A model generated the notes under the pieces. That model saw only the letters and a list, made by a program, of their open reading frames with translations. It ran no database searches and had not been told where the DNA came from. The translations under genes and the position numbers were made by a program. From an uncultured Candidatus Saccharibacteria bacterium (GTDB lineage: Bacteria > Patescibacteriota > WWE3 > 2-01-FULL-39-13), in NCBI GenBank assembly GCA_965230915.1, contig OZ246395.1:728935-792934 (forward strand): DNA of 64,000 bases, in the 5' to 3' direction. This document shows positions 10,081-19,206 of this stretch, piece by piece (within the stretch, counting starts at the first letter, position 1; each line of letters begins with the position of its first letter).

Positions 10081-10142
10081 AAGGTTAATCCCTTCTATCT
10101 AAAAATCGATATTAAACGTGCTAAAAAAACGTTGTATCACGC

Positions 10143-10172
10143 ATTATAGGGTATATGAAGCAATAAATTCAA
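10143..10172 (-). promoter_or_regulatory. sigma70-type promoter for 9640..10080
   Basis: TTGAAT-N18-TATAAT on the minus strand. Confidence 0.55.
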
Positions 10173-10225
10173 TGGGGCTAAAAAACTTGAAAAAAGCTAG
10201 TTATTAGAATACCGTGTGTTGCAAA

Positions 10226-10582
10226 CTACTTATCGTCCGGTAACAAAAGTGACAAAATTCCGCTAACAACAGACATTAAAATACTTAAACCGAGTGCCCA
10301 TAAAAAGTTATCGATGGTAAAACCGGGAACTATCAAGTCAACAAGCATAATCATTAAGGCGTTAATAACCAATGAAAAAAGGCCAAGAGTCATGATATTA
10401 ATTGGTAAAGTAAGAATCATTAAAACTGGCCTAATTATTGCGTTAATAAGTCCTAAGACAAAAGCAACTAGAAGTGCAGTTAAAAAAGTATCGATTTTAA
10501 CGCCATCTAATATTGATGTACAAAAGAAAACTACAATTGCGGTTCCGATAAGTCTTATTATAAATCCAAGCATGTTGTTCAC
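10226..10582 (-). CDS. YvlD-like 4-TM membrane protein (phage holin family 4_2)
   Basis: LGLINAIIRPVLMILTLPINIMTLGLFSLVINA signature; strong SD AGGAGGTG. Confidence 0.85.
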   Translation of the reverse strand: MNNMLGFIIRLIGTAIVVFFCTSILDGVKIDTFLTALLVAFVLGLINAIIRPVLMILTLPINIMTLGLFSLVINALMIMLVDLIVPGFTIDNFLWALGLSILMSVVSGILSLLLPDDK

Positions 10583-10660
10583 CTCCTAACAAATCACTAT
10601 AGATTTAATATGAACTATATCTGAAATTATTGCAAGATAAATTACTTTTCGAAGATTAAT

Positions 10661-11566
10661 TTATTTCGTAAAAAGTATAGAAAAATAACTTGTAGTCTGA
10701 ATTGTATTATTTTCTAAAATTTCTCCGGAGTTTGTATTAAACAAAAGCTCCTGTTTTTTTGCGTTAATTGATTCCATTAAGTGCAAAAGTAACCCAATAG
10801 AATCAGGGCTATCTACATAATCATTATTTAAATTGCTTAAACTATAATAATCGTAACTACTCATTATTTTTTGAGTAACTACATCATTTGCCTTCGCCTG
10901 ATCTGCATTTAAATAATGTGAAAAATCGACGGCAGCAATAACTACGGTATCTTCGTCAATATACTTTTGTAATTCTACAGTTAAATTCGAAATATCTTCT
11001 TGGGAAGTAAAACCGCTTAACACAACCGGGATAACCTGAGCCTCGGGCAAATAATATTTGATGTAGTGCAAAATTCCTCCAATTGAATGCTCACCTATTA
11101 CTACATCGTCATTTTCTATTAATGTGTTAGATTCAACTAACATAGAAATATCAGCATAATCAGATGCGAGTATTCCATGTTCTGTTTTCCAATTCGCCTT
11201 CGATGTTATTGGCCGAATACCTCCACGTTCATGATGATTTGGCCCAACTAAAATTATCTTTTTAGGATTTTGCGCAGATAATTTTTCAAAAAAGTCTGAA
11301 AGTATGTATCCGGGCAATAAGTGGTGCGGAATTATTCCGCCATAAATTTTGTTTCCACTGTATGAACTTTTCACCTTTTGGGCTTTTACAATTCCTTCCT
11401 GAAAATCTTTTGCGGAATAAAATCTTGCGTTTAAAACTTTGTCGCTTTGGCGTGCATTATTAACGCCTAATATTCTTAATTTGTCTAAATCTATCGGATA
11501 AATTGTGCCTAGTACAACGCCCAATATGGCAAACGCACAGATAATAAGGCTAAGTTTGAGGTTCAT
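10661..11566 (-). CDS. MEMO1-like / AmmeMemoRadiSam protein B with N-terminal signal anchor
   Basis: GGIIPHH, LVGPNH, EHSI and VDFSHY motifs; overlaps the A2M stop by 17 nt. Confidence 0.82.
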   Translation of the reverse strand: MNLKLSLIICAFAILGVVLGTIYPIDLDKLRILGVNNARQSDKVLNARFYSAKDFQEGIVKAQKVKSSYSGNKIYGGIIPHHLLPGYILSDFFEKLSAQNPKKIILVGPNHHERGGIRPITSKANWKTEHGILASDYADISMLVESNTLIENDDVVIGEHSIGGILHYIKYYLPEAQVIPVVLSGFTSQEDISNLTVELQKYIDEDTVVIAAVDFSHYLNADQAKANDVVTQKIMSSYDYYSLSNLNNDYVDSPDSIGLLLHLMESINAKKQELLFNTNSGEILENNTIQTTSYFSILFTK

Positions 11567-14500
11567 TTTTCTTACTTAAATCTCTTCTTGGTTTTCTGAT
11601 TACCTTTACTAAGAATACTATTATTGCGATTGTTGCAATTCCATACAATACTATTTGCCATTTTGGTGTACGTGCAACGGCAACTTTTCCGGATTCTATT
11701 AAATTAGCATCGTCTTCTATTAAGTATGGATATGCATATGTGGCGAAGTTTCGATAATCGTTACGCAAACTCTGATCGCCTAGTGCATTTGCATCAGCCA
11801 AATCTGTGCTTTCTTTTGTAATACTGATTTTTGCGGCATCTGATCTTCCGTGAATTTCAGGCGAATACATTAACGAAGCCGTAGCAGGAGGCACTTCATA
11901 TGTTCCCTCGGTTATCGCACGTGCCTTGTAATTTAGATAAGAATATCCGCTCCTATAGCTGTAGGTGTATCTGATGGCACCATTTTGCGTATATTCGTCA
12001 CCTGAATAATAGTCATAACTATCACCTGAGCTAAATTGTTCATTATTAAACGATTCATTTACAGGAACTAGTCCGGCAGGCAACTCATCTTGAATTACTC
12101 CATATCGGCTTTCTGACTCGTAATTATTCTTAACTTGAACATATACATCAACTAAATCACCAACAGCAATTGACTTACCTGCACCTTTTTCACTTACGTA
12201 CGCTCTCTTTACGTCTAAACCTGTCGACATAGCCTTTGTATTTGGATCTGTATGGAATTCCTTAACCATCATCGAAGTCAGCAATTCACCTGTGCCATCC
12301 TTGGTAATTTCTAAATTAGAACCACCAGCTTTTATAGAATAACTTGGAATTGTTATTTCTTTAGGTGCTTGCTCAAGACTTGTAAATCTTCCGGTTGATA
12401 ATATTGCCCCATCTAAAGAGACTGTATATGAATAATTTGTGTTAGCTAAATTTTGAACTTTTGCGTATTCAGAAATCGAAGCCATAACTTGAGCGGTTCC
12501 ATGTGTATTGCCCCAGAAATAATTTCCTTTTGCCTGATTTAAATATTTAATTGTTTCTTTTAGAAGTTCTTTTTCTGATCCATTAGCAATTATTGCCCGT
12601 ACAGCTAACGCAGTTGCACTTTGATTAGTACTGAATGTTTCAGAATTATTACTTTCCCAATGGGCTAAACCAGATTGTCTTTTAGCCGAAGAGACTAATT
12701 TTGTTAAGCCTGACTGGTTCGAATCTTTAATACCACGGTTTGAATTTATTATGACAGCCAAAGCGTTTGCCTCGATTGATAACCCTTCAAAATCATTTAT
12801 AGTTTCAGTGTTCTTTCCTAATACTTCGAGGCCATATATTGAATAAACTTTTGCAGATTTATTTTCAGAATTTAATTTTGATTTAAAATAATTTTCTGCG
12901 TTATCTAGTGTTGTTTGGTTTACTTCGTATCCAAGCTGTTTGGCCTTCATAAGATTTTCTACAATATAAGCAGATAAATACTCATTTGAATCTCCGACAA
13001 AAACCCAGGTCCAACCGCCATCACCTTGTTGATGGTCTTCGATGCGTTTAACTCCGTCTTTTAGAATCTCGTCCATGTTTTTATCGACCATTGCAGATGC
13101 AAACACTTTAGGATTGCTTCTTGCAACAATAGCAGGAACAAAACGGCTTGTGGTTTGTTCCATACATCCGTATGGATAATCAACCAAATAATCCATTGCC
13201 GGTCTTAGTGACCCTAATATATCCGCAGAAACACTTAATTTAGTGCTGCTTAAATCGTTAACTGCATCAGATGAATATTTTGCTTGATATGAAGCATTAT
13301 CCTGTTTGCTTTCGACGCGCTCTTCGTAAAATCCGAATTTCTTAATTGGAATAACTTGAGCTATGGTGTCAGAATTTTCTTCTGCTGATTTAGAAACAGC
13401 CGAATAAGTAAATTTAGCTTTATCATCTACTTTAATTGGCTCAACATTCCACGAAACTGTTGCTGATTTATTTGGCTCGATTCTTACTTCTTGAGTTGCA
13501 GAAGGTAATATATTTGCAGCCTCTGATCTTAGGGTCACATTAAAAGTATCAGCATTCTTGGTATAGTTTTGAACTAAAGCAGTCAAAATCGTTGTATCGC
13601 GTTCTCTTATGATATTGGGAATTGTAGGTCGAACAATCACATTTTTGCCTACAACAATTTCTTCTTTGGCAATTCCAACTTGAGTAGTTGTATTTGCTGC
13701 GATTCCAGCGATTACCCAGGTTGTTAAATTATCTGGAAGTTTAAATGATACGCTGGCTTTTCCTTCAAGGTCAGTTCTAAGTGATGGATTCCAGTATGCA
13801 GTATCTTTAAACACAGTTCTTGTGTCACCTTTTTGGTTGTGTACCCAAACTCCGCCGGCAAAATATGTGTGATATTTTTCAACTTCTAAATTGTATACAT
13901 CAACTGATCTATTTATTATCTCGATTGAATTTACATGTACGTATTTACCTTCGTCACTAAGTAATAAGTCTCCTTTTTGTACAGTTCCGGCTTCTTGCCA
14001 AGTATTGTTAATCCACATCACATGATTAGGAGTAACCTTTATGCTTCCGTTTAAAATCATGTAGCCGTTTACTGACTTTTTGAAAGTCTCTGTTACGGTT
14101 GCTTCAACTAATTTTGTGTCATCTTCGCCGGCTTTAGTTAGAACTTTATCTCCGACTTTTATGTCTTCGATCGAAACCAATCCATTCTTGGTTAATACTT
14201 TAGTGTCGCCTACAAAACATCCACCGCCGCTTTCTGCACCTGAAGAACTTATACCTTGTAATGAATTTGTAGAATTTGTGTCGTTGTATCTTTCTGACCA
14301 AAACCTATCCAGAATATCGTAGTTATTTTGATCAACCAGTTCAAAGATCGCTTTATCTACTGTCCATAAAGCCATGTCGGTTGAGACAGGTTTATTGGTG
14401 CTGTCAGTTGTAGTAACGTCGACTGTAATATCTTCACCCGGGCCATATCGCGACCCACCGCGTGGAGTAATCTGTACATTTATTTTCTTGTTTTCGGTTG

Positions 14501-16910
14501 AAATTACAATGTTTTCGGAACTGCTTATTATAGATTTTCCATCAAAAGATGTAGCCACAACAAAAACGTTTGGCGAATCAGTGTTAACAAGGGGAACGTC
14601 TATGTTTGCAGTTCCATTTTCAATTCTAGTTGTAAAGTATCTTTGTGTTCGTCCTCTTTCTAAAGTTATTAATGCATCACGGTTGGACTTATCTTCAGTT
14701 GTAATTAACACTTTTGCTGTATCTTCAGGGTTATAGAGTTTTTTATCTACGCTAACGCGCATATTTGATTGGCCATAGTCGCCAAACCCGTAATATGAGG
14801 AATATTCTTTTTCAGCAATATAGAAACTAAAATTACGACTTATTTTATTTCCTATAGAATCTGAATATTTAATGGTTATCGTATAACTTCCAGTTTCTGA
14901 TGGTGTAAATTTATAAGTTAAATTTCCTTCTCCATCTGTTTTTATATTTTTCGTATCAATTTCACCTCTAACTTCCTTATATGATGGATATTTTTGATTT
15001 TCTTCATAAACGGCTTCGTATCTCATCCATGTACCGGAAATTTCTACATTTATATTTGAAACTTTGCTGTTGTTTCGGTATGCAACAATTTGCATTGGAA
15101 TTTCAAATTGCTTATTAACAACTCCTCCATATGGAGCATCTTCTTGTAGATAAACATTCGATTCGCCTTTGTAAAAGAGGATGTTTTTCCTGGCAAAACT
15201 TGGGTTTCCGGAACCATTATCGTATTCAGCTTCGATAGTTAAAATCTGGTTTGATTTATACGTATCACCCAAATTTATATCTTCATCAAAAATTGCTTCG
15301 CCATTATCATTAAACTCTAGCTCTCCGTGTTTAAATTCGCTTCCGTACCAATATCCGTATCGATAATCGTCGCTAAGACCTTCGTTTTGGTAGTCTCGAT
15401 AGTAATAATAATCGTAATAATCAGCAGAATAGATTCTATAGCTTACCTTTCCTTCGGTAATTGGTTGACCAGAGAAATAATTTCCTAAAGCTTTAAAATA
15501 TAATCTGTCTCCGGACACATAATCTTTGTCCTCAACAGAAAGATCTATGTTGTATTCGGGTTTTCTATAATATTCGACCTGAAAGTATTCGCTTGCCGGA
15601 TAATAATAGTCATCTGGATCATGCTGAACTATTGGGTATTCGATGCTAACACTGTAATCACCGGTTTTTGCGTTTTCTGGTAATTTATAAGATCCATAAA
15701 TTGTTCCCTCTGGGGTTATATTCATTCGTGCGCTATATACAACCGATGTATCTTCCCAACCATCTTTGATTTGTACTAAAGCTTCACCGCTTGGGATAGT
15801 GTATCTGGCGTCGTCATCAGACCTTATGATCGCTTTAAAATTTACTGTGTTTCCCGGCATATAAAGCGGGCGATCAGTAAAAATGAAGAATCTTGTGTTT
15901 ATTTCTTTTTCTCTAAAGTAATCATAGTTATAGCCGTAGTCTACGTATTGTAAATTTAGAGGAATAACTGCCACTTCATTTCCGCGGTATACAACAGCTA
16001 AATCACCTCTACTTAGTATTGGAGTTGTTGCAATTCCTTCTGAATTAAACCTTCCATTTGCGACTTCAGTTACTTTGTCAGCCAAATTAAAAACTTTTAT
16101 GTTGCCGTCGTCGATGCTTTCGTTAACTTTTAAATTTTGTCCCCAATAGACAATTTCATTGTTGCCTTCTTTAGAAACAACTGCGTAAGTCGACCTTACA
16201 ATAAAGGCACCATCATTAGTTTTATTAGCCGTATCAGATGCGGTAGCTCTTACAAAATAAATTCCAGATTCATCTAGCGGAAGTACCACTTTAGTATCTG
16301 ATGAATTTTTATCTGCAATATTAACTTCTAATTCTTTTACTAATTGTGAATTGCTTTCATTAAAAGGATTTTTTGTTTTATAGTCTTCTGTTTCATACAC
16401 AAGGGAATTTAAAACGTCAGATTCGGATGCGCGATACAGTTTAACCGTAACTTTACCTGTAAATGCACGGTTTGACAGATAAATAGCCGGTTCTTCAAGA
16501 GAAGTAAGCGAAATTAATTGAGAAGGAGAATAATCGCTTCCGTTTTCTAAAATAATAAGTTCAGGATCTTGTTGGTAATAGTAATCTCCAAAATTATTCT
16601 GCTGGCTGGTGTTCTGATTACTTTGAGTGGTTTGAGTATTATTTACTGCAGGTATAGCATTTTGCCTTTGAATATCCTGATAAATTGCAGCCAAAACATA
16701 CACTGTTGAAAATATTAGAGACGAAAGAACAATAAAAACCACTCTACGAAATCTTTTTGACTCTTTGAATCTTTTAAATGGATTTTTACTTTTTTTGACT
16801 TCTTGAGGTTGGTTGTTTTTGTTTTTTTTGATCGGTTCAGCGGTCATGTTTGCGTGATCACCATTTTCTTCTGAAATAGCTTGATTTAAATCGGGTTGAG
16901 ACTTAGCCAT
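11550..16910 (-). CDS. bacterial alpha-2-macroglobulin family protein with an internal Hint (intein-like) domain
   Basis: FTDRPLYMPG (MG2), FQVEYYRKPEY, VDKAIF, TAYWNP..LPDNLTTW (A2M), YPYGCMEQT thioester, DELPAG, ARAITEGTY..PPATASLMY; N- and C-terminal TM helices. Confidence 0.92.
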   Translation of the reverse strand: MAKSQPDLNQAISEENGDHANMTAEPIKKNKNNQPQEVKKSKNPFKRFKESKRFRRVVFIVLSSLIFSTVYVLAAIYQDIQRQNAIPAVNNTQTTQSNQNTSQQNNFGDYYYQQDPELIILENGSDYSPSQLISLTSLEEPAIYLSNRAFTGKVTVKLYRASESDVLNSLVYETEDYKTKNPFNESNSQLVKELEVNIADKNSSDTKVVLPLDESGIYFVRATASDTANKTNDGAFIVRSTYAVVSKEGNNEIVYWGQNLKVNESIDDGNIKVFNLADKVTEVANGRFNSEGIATTPILSRGDLAVVYRGNEVAVIPLNLQYVDYGYNYDYFREKEINTRFFIFTDRPLYMPGNTVNFKAIIRSDDDARYTIPSGEALVQIKDGWEDTSVVYSARMNITPEGTIYGSYKLPENAKTGDYSVSIEYPIVQHDPDDYYYPASEYFQVEYYRKPEYNIDLSVEDKDYVSGDRLYFKALGNYFSGQPITEGKVSYRIYSADYYDYYYYRDYQNEGLSDDYRYGYWYGSEFKHGELEFNDNGEAIFDEDINLGDTYKSNQILTIEAEYDNGSGNPSFARKNILFYKGESNVYLQEDAPYGGVVNKQFEIPMQIVAYRNNSKVSNINVEISGTWMRYEAVYEENQKYPSYKEVRGEIDTKNIKTDGEGNLTYKFTPSETGSYTITIKYSDSIGNKISRNFSFYIAEKEYSSYYGFGDYGQSNMRVSVDKKLYNPEDTAKVLITTEDKSNRDALITLERGRTQRYFTTRIENGTANIDVPLVNTDSPNVFVVATSFDGKSIISSSENIVISTENKKINVQITPRGGSRYGPGEDITVDVTTTDSTNKPVSTDMALWTVDKAIFELVDQNNYDILDRFWSERYNDTNSTNSLQGISSSGAESGGGCFVGDTKVLTKNGLVSIEDIKVGDKVLTKAGEDDTKLVEATVTETFKKSVNGYMILNGSIKVTPNHVMWINNTWQEAGTVQKGDLLLSDEGKYVHVNSIEIINRSVDVYNLEVEKYHTYFAGGVWVHNQKGDTRTVFKDTAYWNPSLRTDLEGKASVSFKLPDNLTTWVIAGIAANTTTQVGIAKEEIVVGKNVIVRPTIPNIIRERDTTILTALVQNYTKNADTFNVTLRSEAANILPSATQEVRIEPNKSATVSWNVEPIKVDDKAKFTYSAVSKSAEENSDTIAQVIPIKKFGFYEERVESKQDNASYQAKYSSDAVNDLSSTKLSVSADILGSLRPAMDYLVDYPYGCMEQTTSRFVPAIVARSNPKVFASAMVDKNMDEILKDGVKRIEDHQQGDGGWTWVFVGDSNEYLSAYIVENLMKAKQLGYEVNQTTLDNAENYFKSKLNSENKSAKVYSIYGLEVLGKNTETINDFEGLSIEANALAVIINSNRGIKDSNQSGLTKLVSSAKRQSGLAHWESNNSETFSTNQSATALAVRAIIANGSEKELLKETIKYLNQAKGNYFWGNTHGTAQVMASISEYAKVQNLANTNYSYTVSLDGAILSTGRFTSLEQAPKEITIPSYSIKAGGSNLEITKDGTGELLTSMMVKEFHTDPNTKAMSTGLDVKRAYVSEKGAGKSIAVGDLVDVYVQVKNNYESESRYGVIQDELPAGLVPVNESFNNEQFSSGDSYDYYSGDEYTQNGAIRYTYSYRSGYSYLNYKARAITEGTYEVPPATASLMYSPEIHGRSDAAKISITKESTDLADANALGDQSLRNDYRNFATYAYPYLIEDDANLIESGKVAVARTPKWQIVLYGIATIAIIVFLVKVIRKPRRDLSKKNEPQT
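13836..14219 (-). other. Hint / bacterial intein-like domain (128 aa, C898-N1025) inside A2M
   Basis: Block A CFVGDTKV, block B VTPNH, block F VYNLEV, block G VWVHN; +1 residue is Gln; no homing endonuclease. Confidence 0.9.
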
Positions 16911-17006
16911 TTGACCTCTTGTCTATATTATTTCTGAAAAGCTTCTGAATGTATAGTGCCTATTCAGTTAGCATTACCCTAACCAATTCCCTATAATGAA
17001 TTTAAT

Positions 17007-17462
17007 TTAGCGTTCACACATTTCTTTTAGCTTTTGTAAGCTATTAGCCCAGCTAGTTTCAAATTCAGATTTCATTTCCGCATTAACATCCACCTCGACT
17101 GTAAGTTCTGTTACTCCATCTTCTTCTTTAAAAGTGTAATTCTCAAAAGCTGGAGTCCATTGTTTGGCTAAATCACTTGTCGTATCTTCAACTCCGTTGC
17201 CATAAATTGCGATATGTTCTAAAGATACAAATTCGTGAGGTCGGTTTTCTCTAACCATCGCTACCATTCCGCCTTCGCCGGGTGTACCATCGGGATTCGG
17301 ACCAAGAAACAAAATCTTTGAACCTTTGTCCCAGCTGCCTTTAAAATAGGAACCTGGGTTAAAAGTTGCAGTCCATTCCTTATAAGATTCTGCGTTTAAC
17401 ATTGTGTCCCACACTTTTTCGACCGGAGCATTAATTTTTATTGATGAACGTATTTTTTCCAT
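17007..17462 (-). CDS. SRPBCC/AHSA1-like (START-fold) protein
   Basis: SIKINAPVEKVWDTM, GSWDKGSKILF, terminal W...LQKLKEMCE. Confidence 0.85.
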   Translation of the reverse strand: MEKIRSSIKINAPVEKVWDTMLNAESYKEWTATFNPGSYFKGSWDKGSKILFLGPNPDGTPGEGGMVAMVRENRPHEFVSLEHIAIYGNGVEDTTSDLAKQWTPAFENYTFKEEDGVTELTVEVDVNAEMKSEFETSWANSLQKLKEMCER

Positions 17463-17468
17463 ATTTAA

Positions 17469-18296
17469 TTATTCTGGATACCAATTAAGTAAAACTACTT
17501 CTATATTTTCGCTTCCAAAATCAACCAATTCTTTAAATTTATTAACATCTGCTAGTCCTTCTTGCTGGCGATAATGATATGGATAAACAACCTGTGGCTT
17601 AAAAGCCAATACCGCACTTGCTGCGTCTTCGACCGACATTGTATAAGGAAGATTCATCGGCACAAAAGCCATATTTATATTTTTTAGAGATTTCATTTCG
17701 TCGGTCGGACCGGTGTCGCCCGCAACATAAACACGATAATTATCTTTTTCGATAATGTAGCCATTTCCACGACCTTTTATATGCGAAGCATCGGCGGCTT
17801 CAGGAACGTTATACATTGGAACACCCGTTATATTAAACCCTTCAAAATTCTTAGTTTCTCCATTTGCTAAAACTTCGGTTGCATCTTTTAAATTTTGAGG
17901 CATCATGTCATAAACAGCTTGTGGAGCAACAATTTTGGCGTCGCTCAAAATATTTGTGAGCGTTTCCGGGCTGTAGTGATCACCGTGTATATCGGTTAAC
18001 AAAATAAGGTCGGGAGATGTTTGACCTTCAAAAGCTTCGGCACCACTCGTTGGGTCGGTATAAATCACTTTATCTTGCCATTTTAAAAGAACTGTTGCAT
18101 GCATAATTGGAGTCACCGTAACCGGAGATTCGGTTGGCATTGAAGTATTTGGTGTGTCTGATGAACCGCCAGGGTTGTAAGTTGAAGTTTGGCTGTATCT
18201 ATTTGATACCAATGAAGGATCTTTGGTCGCAGAGTATATGTAATATATGACTGCGACTACGAATACGATAAGGAGTGTCCATGCGAATCGGCTCAT
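17469..18296 (-). CDS. exported metallo-beta-lactamase-fold hydrolase
   Basis: TDIHGDHY (variant of HxHxDH), YVAGDT, YPYHY; N-terminal TM. Confidence 0.82.
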   Translation of the reverse strand: MSRFAWTLLIVFVVAVIYYIYSATKDPSLVSNRYSQTSTYNPGGSSDTPNTSMPTESPVTVTPIMHATVLLKWQDKVIYTDPTSGAEAFEGQTSPDLILLTDIHGDHYSPETLTNILSDAKIVAPQAVYDMMPQNLKDATEVLANGETKNFEGFNITGVPMYNVPEAADASHIKGRGNGYIIEKDNYRVYVAGDTGPTDEMKSLKNINMAFVPMNLPYTMSVEDAASAVLAFKPQVVYPYHYRQQEGLADVNKFKELVDFGSENIEVVLLNWYPE

Positions 18297-18316
18297 AAAA
18301 GCATGATAGCATAAGA

Positions 18317-19084
18317 CTAAAAAGTAGATATAAATCCCCTTAATTTTTGAGGAAAAATATCGTCTAAAGCTAGAATATCAGAACTATATATTTCAATAAG
18401 ACCTAAATTATAATTTTTATATAACTCTTGTTTCCGTTTTTTCCTCTCTAAATATTCCTTATCTTTAAGACCCCAGTATTCAATATATATAACATCATGA
18501 CTAGTAGAGCTTGGTATAAAAAAATCGCAATACATTTCTTCTTTAATCGGAACTTTCTTCTCATACCCGTGTAAAATTTTACTGTTAAATAACCAATTAT
18601 CTATAATTAGCTCATCCATACTTCTAACTCTATGGCCATCGTCTGCAATATATTTGGCCGGAAATTTATTTCTAAAAACATTACCTAGATGATCTTCTCG
18701 TTGAGTGGACCTATACATATTGTCCAACGCCTGTGTAATATCAGGTTTTAACAATACAGGCATAAAATCTCGAAATTTAATTAAGTTTTCTATATCCGAT
18801 TTTGAAATAGGATTGTAATTCTCAACTCTTTCTACTTTAATTTGCCATGGAAATTTCCCTCCCCAAGCTTCTTTGACAATATTGACGCTACATTTAGATA
18901 TTGCCCTGAATTTTCCATGCAATAAACCAGATGTGTAGTTATAAAGGAAAAGAGTATCTCCAACATTAATATCTTCAGTGTACGGTTTGTACTTTAGAGT
19001 TCCTCCAAATAGCATTCGGTTGAAGCACTCTTTTTCCGTCGCATTTGAACATAAAAATATATAGCTTTTCTTTGCATCATTCAT
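18317..19084 (-). CDS. DCD (development and cell death, PUA-like) domain fused to a PD-(D/E)XK-type nuclease domain
   Basis: YIFLCSNATEKECFNRMLFG..LFLYNY..LHGKF..AW..KFPWQI (DCD); DGHRVRSMDE..YE..CDFFI..IEYWG (nuclease). Start moved to 19084 because the longer ORF overlaps the tRNA. Confidence 0.72.
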   Translation of the reverse strand: MNDAKKSYIFLCSNATEKECFNRMLFGGTLKYKPYTEDINVGDTLFLYNYTSGLLHGKFRAISKCSVNIVKEAWGGKFPWQIKVERVENYNPISKSDIENLIKFRDFMPVLLKPDITQALDNMYRSTQREDHLGNVFRNKFPAKYIADDGHRVRSMDELIIDNWLFNSKILHGYEKKVPIKEEMYCDFFIPSSTSHDVIYIEYWGLKDKEYLERKKRKQELYKNYNLGLIEIYSSDILALDDIFPQKLRGFISTF

Positions 19085-19089
19085 ATTTC

Positions 19090-19177
19090 TGGCGGAGGGG
19101 ACAGGATTCGAACCTGCGGTGTTATTCACACACTACCTTTCCAAGATAGCGCACTAGACCAACTATGCGACCCCTCC
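19090..19177 (-). tRNA. tRNA-Ser (GGA)
   Basis: GGAGGGG/CCCCTCC acceptor stem, anticodon loop TTGGAAA, long variable arm, GGTTCGAATCC, encoded CCA. Confidence 0.95.
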
Positions 19178-19206
19178 AAAGGCTTCGCAAACACCGATAT
19201 TATAGC

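Noticed and set aside
10226-10582. Prophage suggested by the phage-holin-family gene
   Set aside because: The YvlD-like family is commonly chromosomal, and no endolysin, integrase or structural phage genes are nearby
13836-14219. Canonical selfish intein with homing endonuclease
   Set aside because: Only 128 aa, no LAGLIDADG/HNH motifs, and the +1 residue is Gln
19085-19129. N-terminal 15 aa (MNNTAGSNPVPSARN) of the 270-aa ORF
   Set aside because: It is a translation of the tRNA-Ser 3' half; the real start is more likely ATG 19084
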